A stretch of DNA of 64,000 bases from a virus (IMGVR_UViG_3300027759_003844:1-64000), one strand, 5' to 3'; positions 27,078 to 36,734 are shown, counted from the first letter of the stretch. Made by a program: numbers and translations. The notes: generated from the sequence alone by a model not told the origin.

Positions 27078-27414
27078 TGATTTCTCCTATTTCTTTAATT
27101 TTCCAATATTCTTCTGGCATATCCTTTTTATTGTTCCAACCATTTTCTTTGGTCCAATAATATTGAGGTTCAGATTTTACTTTGACCCATTCCAATATCT
27201 TAAGCTTTTTCTTTTTCATAATTTATCCTTAATTAGAATTGTGAATATCAATAAAAGCATTGCTAAAAGCAATATGTGATCCATTAGTATTTATCATCCC
27301 ATTCATTTTGTTCAGTGATAAAATCAACTGGAATTACAACTTCACTCCCACAAATAACACAAGGCATAATGCCTTCTTCAAAAAATTCAAAACATTCTTG
27401 ACATTGAAAATCCA

Positions 27415-27843
27415 TTACATTTTCCCTTCTGGAAGAATTACTTCACCGTTTTTACTACTCCAACCCCATTCGCAACAAAATTCACCTTCTTTAGTTGAAG
27501 ATGAAGGATGAAGACCAGCCAATTTCTTTGTTTTATTAAAGAGTGAAAACATTTTAGATGTACAATCATGACAAATACATAATTTAATTATGTCATCTTC
27601 AGTCATACAATCAAAGAATTCACCATAACCACCACATAACTCAAATGATAATCCCCCATCAATTTGATTCATAATAGGATAAATATCACCATCAATTAAT
27701 CTGGCTTCCATTTGATCCTGAACAATATAGGATTCTGATTCTTGATCCCAAGTCTTTTTCCAAAACTCAGGCTGCATCTTTACCCCACAACCATCACAAT
27801 CAAACCAATTTTCTTTTGTTAAAATAATATCTTGATCTTGCAT
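27415..27843 (-). CDS. cysteine-rich hypothetical protein
   Basis: CDGC, GGYGEFFD, CHDC. Confidence 0.7.
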   Translation of the reverse strand: MQDQDIILTKENWFDCDGCGVKMQPEFWKKTWDQESESYIVQDQMEARLIDGDIYPIMNQIDGGLSFELCGGYGEFFDCMTEDDIIKLCICHDCTSKMFSLFNKTKKLAGLHPSSSTKEGEFCCEWGWSSKNGEVILPEGKM

Positions 27844-27847
27844 TTAA

Positions 27848-28048
27848 CTATTTCTCCTCTTTGTAACCAAAGAAATCTTTCATCTCTTTGTCCCATGAAG
27901 ACCAATCTGGATTCATATCTATATCCAAAGCCCAATCATAAGGGCTAATGTTTTCATGATTCTTAGGTGTTAGTTTATTTGCATTTCTCATTGTAGGGTG
28001 ATTCCTTTTGCTATTGTCTTCATTTTCAATATCATCTAACCAACTCAT
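27848..28048 (-). CDS. hypothetical protein
   Basis: packed ORF. Confidence 0.6.
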   Translation of the reverse strand: MSWLDDIENEDNSKRNHPTMRNANKLTPKNHENISPYDWALDIDMNPDWSSWDKEMKDFFGYKEEK

Positions 28049-28061
28049 AATATTTTCCCTT

Positions 28062-28313
28062 TCAGTCTGTTTGTCCTAATAGATCAGCTCTAACATTTAA
28101 AGATTTTAATTCTGTTTTCTTTACCCAAAAGTAATTAGACTTGTGAAGCAAAGCAGGAGTGTAAACTTTTCTAAATTCCCGTTCTGAAATATCAAGTCCA
28201 ATCTTTTGGCATTTCTCATCTAAGCAGTATTCATAACCTGCTTCATACCGTTCGTCAATAAATAATGACGAGCAATATATACATTTAGCCATTATTAATC
28301 CTATCAATAACAT
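28062..28313 (-). CDS. zinc-finger protein
   Basis: CIYC...ER..AGY.YC...C..HKSNY. Confidence 0.65.
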   Translation of the reverse strand: MLLIGLIMAKCIYCSSLFIDERYEAGYEYCLDEKCQKIGLDISEREFRKVYTPALLHKSNYFWVKKTELKSLNVRADLLGQTD

Positions 28314-28503
28314 TTTCTAATTCAATAATTTTATCCTGCATTTTAACAATCATCTGTTGATTATACTCAAGAACATCCATAATACTATTTGTTCTATGGT
28401 TCATTTCAATTGCTAATTCTAAAAGGCTAATTTTATTCATAGGAATAGAACCTTCTTCTTTTGTAGATATTACTACTTCAGATCCAATTTTCATTTTATT
28501 CAC
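28285..28503 (-). CDS. hypothetical coiled-coil protein
   Basis: packed ORF. Confidence 0.6.
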   Translation of the reverse strand: MNKMKIGSEVVISTKEEGSIPMNKISLLELAIEMNHRTNSIMDVLEYNQQMIVKMQDKIIELENVIDRINNG

Positions 28504-28675
28504 CTTTCATTAGAAGTTGACAAATACTAATCACTTTCTTTATTCTTTTTTCATCTGTATTATTTATTGCAACATTTCTTAATATCCAATGGATATCCGT
28601 TCTGCGAGCAAAAGGGATATCCATAAGACTTGTTAATTTTTCAAGTTCATCTAATAATTGCTGTTTATGTTCCAC

Positions 28676-29056
28676 TTATGCCTCTTCGTAAACACTAAAC
28701 TTATAGCCAACTGTTGCAAAACTTTCACACAAACCAGTAGCAATTTCTTTAGTCAATAGTCTAAACTCACGAATATCGTCTAGAATAATGATTTGATTAC
28801 GCCGACTCATTCTTTGAACTTTAATAGAAACTAAACAAGCAAGAAATTCCTGATCGTCACTCAACCAGTAATCCCTATGTGTTCTCTCTTTTGTATATGA
28901 ACCATAAGGGAAATATGCTTTTACTGCTTTTTTAGTTTCTTTTACTTCTACTTCACTTTCATCCATAAACTCAAACTCAAGCACACCTGTTACCTCAAAT
29001 GAAGTCAAAGTAATAGGAGCAACTATTTCTGAAGCATCTACAATTTCAATTTCCAT
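28676..29056 (-). CDS. hypothetical protein
   Basis: acidic N-terminal motifs resembling family B N-termini. Confidence 0.7.
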   Translation of the reverse strand: MEIEIVDASEIVAPITLTSFEVTGVLEFEFMDESEVEVKETKKAVKAYFPYGSYTKERTHRDYWLSDDQEFLACLVSIKVQRMSRRNQIIILDDIREFRLLTKEIATGLCESFATVGYKFSVYEEA

Positions 29057-29271
29057 TATTGCAACTCACTTTCTATTTTTAGTAAATATGATTCTTGGAT
29101 ATCTTCTTCAATCTTTTCATGAACCTTTTCTTTAATACCAATACTAAAGTCAAGTAATGCCATTTGTTGTTCACTAGCAAATTCACTAAAGGTTATCAAA
29201 CCTCTATATTTTTGGCTATACAAATTATTTAGCCGAGTAATAGTGCTATTGTAAATTTCTTCCATTGTCAT
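29056..29271 (-). CDS. hypothetical protein
   Basis: GAAAGGT SD. Confidence 0.65.
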   Translation of the reverse strand: MTMEEIYNSTITRLNNLYSQKYRGLITFSEFASEQQMALLDFSIGIKEKVHEKIEEDIQESYLLKIESELQ

Positions 29272-29298
29272 ATTTTTACCTTTCGTTGTTGGTTATTA

Positions 29299-29694
29299 TT
29301 AGAATTTTGGATAATAAATAGGGTTACTGGAACTAATATGAGTAATAATATTTATTTTCTCATCTCCAATAGTTGCTATAGTGTTTACATTACCTGTAAC
29401 ACAAGGTGAAACAATACGCTTTTTTTGAGGACCAAACTTTTGCTTAGACACTTCATAATCACTAGTCCAAGCATAAACAGCAAACTGATCTCCAACTTTA
29501 CGCAAACGCTGTCTCTTAGCGTATAGCAATTTAGAAACTGTAGACATACGCATTGCTTTACCTGTATCTAATAATGCTATAAAGAAAGTCTCATTATTTT
29601 GTGTAATCTCACGCACTTCTGTAACAATTCCATAAACTGTATTTTTATCTGATAATTTATTACCGACTAATGACCCGAATATAGGCTTACTCAT
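29299..29694 (-). CDS. hypothetical protein
   Basis: GAAAGGA SD; first gene of the small-gene block. Confidence 0.7.
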   Translation of the reverse strand: MSKPIFGSLVGNKLSDKNTVYGIVTEVREITQNNETFFIALLDTGKAMRMSTVSKLLYAKRQRLRKVGDQFAVYAWTSDYEVSKQKFGPQKKRIVSPCVTGNVNTIATIGDEKINIITHISSSNPIYYPKF

Positions 29695-29948
29695 ATACTA
29701 TTCCTTTCCCTAAGATAATGATTTATATTGGTGATTATACGCAGAAATAGCGCACAAATAGTGCGCTAATTCCTTGATATTTAGACTGAATAATAGTGAA
29801 CTCATTGGCTAACTATTGTATCGGGCATATGGCTCAAACAAAACCTGCGTAATAATATTTCTTTTATATTTCTTTTGTGTCAGAAAACTGGTCAAAAACC
29901 TGTCTCGTTTTAGATAAAGAATTATATAAAAAAATGCGCAGGGGGTCG

Positions 29949-29970
29949 TGTAAGATTACAGCTGTGTAAG
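29949..29970. promoter_or_regulatory. isolated copy of the lattice palindrome
   Basis: TGTAAGATTACAGCTGTGTAAG, 20/22 identical to 8395-8416. Confidence 0.7.
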
Positions 29971-30084
29971 TTAGGGAATTATATCAGGGATTAGATAATG
30001 TTTTATCTAATGTTTCACCAAGCACATTTTAGCCAATATTTTACACAATTTTAGTATATATTTTTTAGGCTACTAGCTGGTTAT

Positions 30085-30963
30085 TTATTTTTTGGATTTC
30101 CTAGACTGATTCTTAGATTTTGGCTTTCCAAGATCCAATGCATCAGCCTTAGATGTATCAACAGAGATTTCTACAAGATAATCTATCATACTACCTTCAT
30201 ATGTCATTCTACCTAAATGACCAATCTCAATACCTGGATCAACCCAAACTTTACCATCAATCTTTTGCCAATATCTACAGAAACCATAATCCTCAGAAAC
30301 AAACCTTCCATCATCATCAACATAAGAATTAAAGAAAGCATATGTATTATCTAATTCTGCACCCTTCATGCTACCTGTATCATCTCTAAACTTTAATTCA
30401 GGATAGGCAACCATTAATTTCTCAAAGACTTCTCTTTTAATACACATAAAGCCAGTACCAGCATCATGAACTGATATAGCACCATTATCTGTTTCAATTG
30501 TATTACTACCAGACCTAACTGGATTTACAACAAAGCGAGTTGATTTCTTAGCTAAATCCTTACTCTCAATACCATCATTAACATTCTTTACAACTTTTTC
30601 CCAATTGATTTCTTTAATAGGATAAGCGCCAGTCATAATATCTTTATCATGCCATAGAAGCTTTACAATATCTTCAGGTCTAAAACTAAGATCAACATCA
30701 AGGAAAATCAAGTGAGTAAACTGTGGGTTAGCCATAAACTTAGCAACAAGGTTATTTCTTGCTCTATTGATTAGTGAGTCAGTAATTGTACTAACCGCAA
30801 ACTTTAATCCGATATCCTTACAATACATAACTGTCTTCATAAAAGACATAAAGAAAGGTTCAGTCAATGCTCTATCGTAACATGGAAGCGCAAACATTGG
30901 ACACCATGAGTCAATATCTTCTCTATCAATTTCAATATTCTGTTGTTCAATTTGTAATGTCAT
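30085..30963 (-). CDS. glycosyltransferase (GT-A fold)
   Basis: SLINRARN, THLIFLDVD (DxD), GTGFMCIKR, SEDYGFC. Confidence 0.8.
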   Translation of the reverse strand: MTLQIEQQNIEIDREDIDSWCPMFALPCYDRALTEPFFMSFMKTVMYCKDIGLKFAVSTITDSLINRARNNLVAKFMANPQFTHLIFLDVDLSFRPEDIVKLLWHDKDIMTGAYPIKEINWEKVVKNVNDGIESKDLAKKSTRFVVNPVRSGSNTIETDNGAISVHDAGTGFMCIKREVFEKLMVAYPELKFRDDTGSMKGAELDNTYAFFNSYVDDDGRFVSEDYGFCRYWQKIDGKVWVDPGIEIGHLGRMTYEGSMIDYLVEISVDTSKADALDLGKPKSKNQSRKSKK

Positions 30964-30978
30964 CCCTACATTATGACA

Positions 30979-31015
30979 TAAAAAAAAGCCCTGCGCTGGC
31001 TAGGCGCAGGGCTTT
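30979..31015 (-). terminator. intrinsic terminator
   Basis: AAGCCCTGCGC-loop-GCGCAGGGCTT plus T-run on the minus strand. Confidence 0.85.
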
Positions 31016-31037
31016 ATGGTATTTGTTTTTGGTCTAA

Positions 31038-31409
31038 TTATTTTGTCTTAACCTTAGTTTTTACACCAGTAATTTCGCTAGCCTTAGCTGAAAGATTATT
31101 AACTGCTGTAACGCCAATCTCGGTTGTATTCTTTACATTTCCAATGCGAGTTGCCTTGAAGAATAGTGAATCAGTTGTTGAATCAAAACGGATAACAATT
31201 TTGTAACCCAACTTCTTAGCCTGAGCACGAATTCTTTGTTGCATTGAATTGTAAGCATTACCTGCTTTAATTCCATCAATACGAACTGAATTACCATCTT
31301 TTGCCGACTCGTTGAGTGCAGCAATAATCATATTCAATTCCTCAGATTTACGACCAGCTCTTGCGATTTCTGGAAGCGTATCTACTTTATTCATCTTTAG
31401 TGTTGTCAC
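31038..31409 (-). CDS. small basic putative DNA-binding protein, distant family B member
   Basis: RAGRKSEEL...IRAQAKKLGYKIVIRF aligns with copies at 6591, 7286 and 8212. Confidence 0.75.
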   Translation of the reverse strand: MTTLKMNKVDTLPEIARAGRKSEELNMIIAALNESAKDGNSVRIDGIKAGNAYNSMQQRIRAQAKKLGYKIVIRFDSTTDSLFFKATRIGNVKNTTEIGVTAVNNLSAKASEITGVKTKVKTK

Positions 31410-31553
31410 TTAATTTCTCCTATGTTTGGTTTGTTTTGATAGGAAGCCATTTTGACCACCTATTGCTTAGATAAGACCATATCAGGCTTTATGGTAAAAA
31501 ACTCAACAGGGAGCAAAAAACTTTTAAAAACTAAAAGAAATTTATTATTTGAT

Positions 31554-31709
31554 TTAGAATTCAGCGTTATTAGCAATATGTTCTTTTAGCTTTTGATTTT
31601 CCAATTTCAAGACAATAACATCAACTTGCACTGAAGCCAATTGCATCGCCAGTTGGCTAATCACTTCTTCATGAGTAACCTTAGTTGGGTCTAGAGATTT
31701 TCCAGCCAT
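31554..31709 (-). CDS. small coiled-coil protein (51 aa)
   Basis: MAGKSLDPTKVTHEEVISQLAMQLASVQVDVIVLKLENQKLKEH...; overlaps the terminase end. Confidence 0.55.
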   Translation of the reverse strand: MAGKSLDPTKVTHEEVISQLAMQLASVQVDVIVLKLENQKLKEHIANNAEF

Positions 31710-33421
31710 TTCATACCATCCGTTTCTTGTTGATTAAAGCCAGATGAATATTCACCTGTTTCCCTATTATATACCTGCACAGTACCAAAATTTGGAATAT
31801 CTTCATTTTCTTCCCAATATTTATCTGGTGATAATATTTCTATTTCAACATCTCCATCAATAGCCATATTTTCAACACAAACAAATACTGCACCTGCAAC
31901 CGCATCTGCTAAGTCTTTTGAACCTGAACTTGGGTGATCAATTTTATTATTACCAAATAGTCTAAGTTTCAAAAGCTCTTCTTCAACTAAAAGCTCATTC
32001 CAATATCCACGCAATCTTGTATCATAAATAGCAGTCATTAATGTATCAAAGTCTGTTTTCTTAACGCTATGAAAATCAGCATTAATACTTTGAGCTCTTA
32101 AGCTTTGAATCATTTCAATAGATTGCCATCTGTCAAAAGTAACTTTAGCAACATCAAATTTTCTACATAAGTCTAGAATCATTTGTCTAATGGATGCAAA
32201 ATTAATTTCTTGGTTAACAGATGCTTCCCATGAGTAAACCAAATCAACATTAATAATAGGAAGATTTTCAACACCCATTAATGTTTTAACTTCCTTAAGT
32301 CCAGTGCAATGCACCATGCTAAGCGCAGCTCTGTCTCTCTTTAAGGCTAAGTCAATATGAATAAATCTTACCTGACCATCTGTTTTATTAAACCAAGGTT
32401 TAAAATTACCTTCTTCATCAACAGGATCTTCACTATACATGAAAGCTTTTCTAACTAATTCAGGATCTCTAAAGTAAGCATCTTCCATATTAGGAGGCTC
32501 ACATTCAAATCTAGCTCTAGCCTCAACAGGATTTCTAATATATTCCGATTCTAATTGTTCACGCTTAATTGTAGGATTAACTTCCCATGTTGCAGCTTTA
32601 ATAGTCCAAGTCTTTGGCTCTTTCTTTTCTCTAGAATTATAATATCTTTGTTGAATAAAGTCACCTTTATATCGGGGGAAAGACAATAGAATAACTTTAC
32701 CTACTTCTGGAAAGCGAGACATAATAGAAAGCTTAGACATATTATAAATTGCAGACGCAGATCCTTTTGATCTCGTTTCTCCACGCAATTCAGCATCTGT
32801 TTTAAAAGCAGCAATTTCATCCAAAATAATTGTCATTACTTCATAACCTTCCCAACCTTCAGATTCAGAGTGACCAGAAAAACATCTAACAGGTTTAGAA
32901 AAGAAAAATATTTCTGATACTCTTGGTTCAAATCCAACTTTATTAAAATAAGGAGATCTAAGTAATAAGTTCTTTAATGGTTCAAAGAATACTCTCTGAG
33001 CTTGCTGAGCGTTTACAGCAAGGTTTAGAAGGTCAATATACACACCATGAGCCTTACCATAATAAATTAATGGATCTCTAAGGCAATGAATAAGATATAC
33101 AGTATAAGCCATTGATATTCTTGCGCAATGGTCTTTCCCAGATCCTTTACCTAACATACAAATAACTTCATTATCAGTATATGTTTTATACCACTCTTTT
33201 CCTTTTTCTTCCCCTAATAAAGAAATTAGTGTTCTTTCTTTGTAAATCTGTGTAGAATGTCTTACAATCTCTAATTGAATATCAGAAAGCGGAGGTAAAC
33301 CCAAATATTCTTTATCTTGTACAAATGTTTGAATATCAACAGGTGTTTCTGTAAGATCATCTTGACGCAAAAGCCTATCAAAATCTGCAAGTTCAAGATT
33401 CATTCCCATGAAATCAGACAT
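31691..33421 (-). CDS. terL: terminase large subunit
   Basis: Walker A GKGSGKD, Walker B IILDE, nuclease HIDLA..D, FDRWQS, KIDHP...SKDLADA. Confidence 0.93.
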   Translation of the reverse strand: MSDFMGMNLELADFDRLLRQDDLTETPVDIQTFVQDKEYLGLPPLSDIQLEIVRHSTQIYKERTLISLLGEEKGKEWYKTYTDNEVICMLGKGSGKDHCARISMAYTVYLIHCLRDPLIYYGKAHGVYIDLLNLAVNAQQAQRVFFEPLKNLLLRSPYFNKVGFEPRVSEIFFFSKPVRCFSGHSESEGWEGYEVMTIILDEIAAFKTDAELRGETRSKGSASAIYNMSKLSIMSRFPEVGKVILLSFPRYKGDFIQQRYYNSREKKEPKTWTIKAATWEVNPTIKREQLESEYIRNPVEARARFECEPPNMEDAYFRDPELVRKAFMYSEDPVDEEGNFKPWFNKTDGQVRFIHIDLALKRDRAALSMVHCTGLKEVKTLMGVENLPIINVDLVYSWEASVNQEINFASIRQMILDLCRKFDVAKVTFDRWQSIEMIQSLRAQSINADFHSVKKTDFDTLMTAIYDTRLRGYWNELLVEEELLKLRLFGNNKIDHPSSGSKDLADAVAGAVFVCVENMAIDGDVEIEILSPDKYWEENEDIPNFGTVQVYNRETGEYSSGFNQQETDGMKWLENL

Positions 33422-33503
33422 GCAAAGCACCACCCTTTTTGTAATCTAGATTTTTTAAACCTTTATGATAGAGGGTTTTGAGTCTAAGTTTTTTGACTTT
33501 CAT

Positions 33504-34055
33504 TTAAACATTTTCCGAATTCATAATTTCAAAAGCAATTTCAAGTTCAACACGAACTTCATTAGCAACATCAGGGTGCTTTCCAATCACATCCCGTAAT
33601 ACTTTTGAAAGAATTTGGTTAACATTTTCCGCTTTCTGCATCCGAGCGATGTACTGGTTATCAGTGGTGTTGCCAGTAAGAAGTTTATGCAGCTGAGCTT
33701 TTTTAGTAGCCAGCTCGCCAGCTAATTTGATAGCTTGAATTCTTGCAGGAATCATACCGTGATCGGTAGCGATATTGATAGTTTCCCAGGCTTCCTTACT
33801 TAATTGATCAAACTCTTGCAAAGCTTTTATTGTATTAAACTGCAGCTTCTCTAGGAAGTAGGGGTCAGACTCAGCCTGCTTATTAAGGATCTTCTTATAC
33901 TCTACAACATACGATTTAGCTTTATCAACAGTTAAAGAGAGCAGTGTTGATATTTCAGAGTAGTTATAACCTTTAACAAAAAGCAAACCAGCTTCTTCAA
34001 CATGCTTCAATTCTTCTATTAGGCTTTCACCCTGGTATCTTTCAATATCTGCCAT
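33504..34055 (-). CDS. putative terminase small subunit
   Basis: N-terminal HTH-like segment plus helices, directly upstream of terL. Confidence 0.55.
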   Translation of the reverse strand: MADIERYQGESLIEELKHVEEAGLLFVKGYNYSEISTLLSLTVDKAKSYVVEYKKILNKQAESDPYFLEKLQFNTIKALQEFDQLSKEAWETINIATDHGMIPARIQAIKLAGELATKKAQLHKLLTGNTTDNQYIARMQKAENVNQILSKVLRDVIGKHPDVANEVRVELEIAFEIMNSENV

Positions 34056-35083
34056 AATCTTTCAGCGTATTCCTTTGTTACTTTTTCCCAAGTCATATTC
34101 TCGTTAATATGCTTAGCACCTTTCAGTGTCTTATTTGAAACATCATCGTAGTTTTTAACTACATATAACATTTTATCACATAAATCATCAAAACTTGGCT
34201 CCGCCCACTCTCCAGTGTTATGATATATACCAGTCATGTTCATGTTAGACCATTTGTAATCCAAAGGTACAGACATTTCTGCATACTCCTCGCAGGCAGT
34301 AGCGTTAGTACAGATCGTTGGAATACCTTTCGCTATCGCCTGAAACGGTATCAACCCCCACCCTTCTCCACTTGTAGGATATAACAAGCAATCTGCTTCA
34401 TCATATAATGCAGAAAGAAGGCTTTCGCTTATCTTCCAATCTATAACTTCAATCCTAGGATGCCCATGAATGGATGACTGATCGCTCGTACCTTTATGAA
34501 GGCGAGCGTCTGGCGGTCCATTAGATTTGTAAATCAGTTTATAATTTTCATCACGACTAAAAAGATGTAGGAATGCATCAACAGCCATTTGAGAATTTTT
34601 TCTTGTTGAAGGAGAACCCATGCTCAGAAATGTAAATGGCTTATGAGAGTTCTTTCTAGTAGGTGAATACAGTTCTGGGTCAACGCCTAAGTTAAAAGCA
34701 TAGACTGGTTTGTGCACCCCAGAGTTTATAAATACATTTTTCATAAACTCAGATGTAGTCCATATCTCGTCCATCCGATTCATCTGGTCAACCCAATCTT
34801 TTCTCAAAGCGGTTGTTTCCCAATAAGTGAACCCAATTGAATACTTAGAGCCGTAAACATAACCTTCTGGAAGGCAATTGTTTATTATAATAGGACTATT
34901 AGTATTTGTATTAACACTCATATAATCAATACCAAAATCCATTTTTTCTATTTCTTCTGGAACATCAACAAGATACTCAGAAATAGGAACTCCATGCTTG
35001 ATTAAATTAGAAATAATCCTTAAAGAAGAATCGCCATACCCCTCACCAGACCGAGCCGCTCCTCCACTATTCCAAAATATCAA
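34019..35083 (-). CDS. GT4-like glycosyltransferase
   Basis: YWET, DEIWT.S, RKN, PTSGEGWGL..QAIA.G.P.I. Confidence 0.85.
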   Translation of the reverse strand: MIFWNSGGAARSGEGYGDSSLRIISNLIKHGVPISEYLVDVPEEIEKMDFGIDYMSVNTNTNSPIIINNCLPEGYVYGSKYSIGFTYWETTALRKDWVDQMNRMDEIWTTSEFMKNVFINSGVHKPVYAFNLGVDPELYSPTRKNSHKPFTFLSMGSPSTRKNSQMAVDAFLHLFSRDENYKLIYKSNGPPDARLHKGTSDQSSIHGHPRIEVIDWKISESLLSALYDEADCLLYPTSGEGWGLIPFQAIAKGIPTICTNATACEEYAEMSVPLDYKWSNMNMTGIYHNTGEWAEPSFDDLCDKMLYVVKNYDDVSNKTLKGAKHINENMTWEKVTKEYAERLWQILKDTRVKA

Positions 35084-35087
35084 TTAC

Positions 35088-35852
35088 TTAATCCTCTTTG
35101 GTAAACTTTGGAAATGTTAATGGCACCCCAGTCACTTCAGCAACTTTCTCCAAAACATCTCTATCATAACCATGAAGCTTTGTAAACTCTACTCTGTAGT
35201 TGTGCCAGCCCTGAACACCGTTCCAAAACTTCTTATCAGTAGTATTCTCAAGTTCAATCAATTCGTCAGATTCAAGTAAGAAGCTTAGAACTCCCAATGG
35301 CATATATACAACCAGATTGTAACCTTCATCTTTGCCTTCAGAAAAATCTTTCAAATAATCCTGGAACATCTTGATAGTGTTAATCACTGCATCGCCAGTA
35401 AAATATTCAATAGCGCCATTAGCGTTTCTAATTCTTGGGCAATAGTTGTCTACAGTCGTGATCGTTCCAAATGTCCTGCACACCATCGGTCTGTACCCAT
35501 AAACGGTGCATCCACCTTTATAGAAAGCGCAATGCCGACTAGTCTCTCCACCAGCAACCCAGTCTTTATCATACATTGCAGTAGTGAGATCGGAGACTAC
35601 TTCGTTCATCCACTTCTCAGCAAAAATACGACCCTTATCTTCAAGATACAAATAATATTGCTGGCGCAACTTAAATGCGATATTCGCACACTCAGCCATG
35701 TGAATAACCAGACCAATCTTGCAACACTCGCCAGAGCCGAGGCATTTAAATTTAGTTTCATTCTGCTTGGACTCAATAACTCTTACTTGATTATAAATCA
35801 TGTCAAGCTTTGCAAAGTTAGAAATATCTTTAGTAGTTACACTTCTTCTCAT
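35088..35852 (-). CDS. YkgJ-family cysteine-cluster (Fe-S/Zn) protein
   Basis: C.G.G.CC...CAFY.GGC.VY..RP..CR...CP. Confidence 0.8.
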   Translation of the reverse strand: MRRSVTTKDISNFAKLDMIYNQVRVIESKQNETKFKCLGSGECCKIGLVIHMAECANIAFKLRQQYYLYLEDKGRIFAEKWMNEVVSDLTTAMYDKDWVAGGETSRHCAFYKGGCTVYGYRPMVCRTFGTITTVDNYCPRIRNANGAIEYFTGDAVINTIKMFQDYLKDFSEGKDEGYNLVVYMPLGVLSFLLESDELIELENTTDKKFWNGVQGWHNYRVEFTKLHGYDRDVLEKVAEVTGVPLTFPKFTKED

Positions 35853-36145
35853 TTTCCCATCCTTTTTCTTTGTAGTTCACTTCTCTTCCGCAGCTCTCTC
35901 TTGCGCTTCTCAGCGTCAATCTGAGCCGCAGACTTCGCTCTCTTAGGACCAGCCGTTGTTAAACTTCTACCCTTACCTCTGAACTTAAGTAAATCATATT
36001 TCTTAACCCAGTTGTAAAGAGCTTGCGGTGTTACTTCAATGTTGTATGTATCTTTTAATATTTTGCATATATCAGTTAAATTCATTCTTCTCTGGACATA
36101 CATCTCATACAGGAACGATCTATCCTTATACGGTTCATTAGCCAT
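35849..36145 (-). CDS. HTH DNA-binding protein
   Basis: L...YV......DI.......VT.QALYNWV.K pattern. Confidence 0.65.
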   Translation of the reverse strand: MANEPYKDRSFLYEMYVQRRMNLTDICKILKDTYNIEVTPQALYNWVKKYDLLKFRGKGRSLTTAGPKRAKSAAQIDAEKRKRELRKRSELQRKRMGK

Positions 36146-36734
36146 TAGAAGCCTGCTGTATCTTTTTTGTTGCGTACCATAAGCCAATACCTGCTGCATC
36201 TATGATATCATCATCATTGATACCAATATCGCCTGTAGCAAAATATTTTGATACAAGCATGCGCACTCTGCGCTTTCTTTCATTCTTTAATTTTATCTGG
36301 AGAGCACCTGGCTTCCCGTCATTCATAAAAATCTCTTTATCTTTCTTGCCCAGATTCTTATACCCAATACCCGCCTTCCAAACTAAAGGATTGACATCTG
36401 ACACTGTACAATTACCAGCACTTATCACTCCCCAACTGTAACCAATTATATAAGATATGATCCTGCTTGATTCAAAATTCTGAACATAAATTGACTGCTC
36501 AATTATTGCATGTTTCGGTGTGTATTCTTTTACAATATCAGATAACCCTTTGTTAATAACCGAAAACTTTATTGAAACATCTTTATCTTTTTTATAATCA
36601 ATTTTCCCGCAGGCAATTAAAGAAATATCAGTCATGCTAATATCATAAATAACCCAAGCAAGGGAATGCGAAGATGGGTCAATAGCGAGTATCCTAGTTT
36701 CTTTTACAGATGAGACAAGCGACTTGATACTCAA
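36138..36734 (-). CDS. ruvC: RuvC-like Holliday junction resolvase
   Basis: ILAIDPS, IIEQ, DD..DA.GIG acidic tetrad. Confidence 0.8.
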   Translation of the reverse strand: MSIKSLVSSVKETRILAIDPSSHSLAWVIYDISMTDISLIACGKIDYKKDKDVSIKFSVINKGLSDIVKEYTPKHAIIEQSIYVQNFESSRIISYIIGYSWGVISAGNCTVSDVNPLVWKAGIGYKNLGKKDKEIFMNDGKPGALQIKLKNERKRRVRMLVSKYFATGDIGINDDDIIDAAGIGLWYATKKIQQASNG

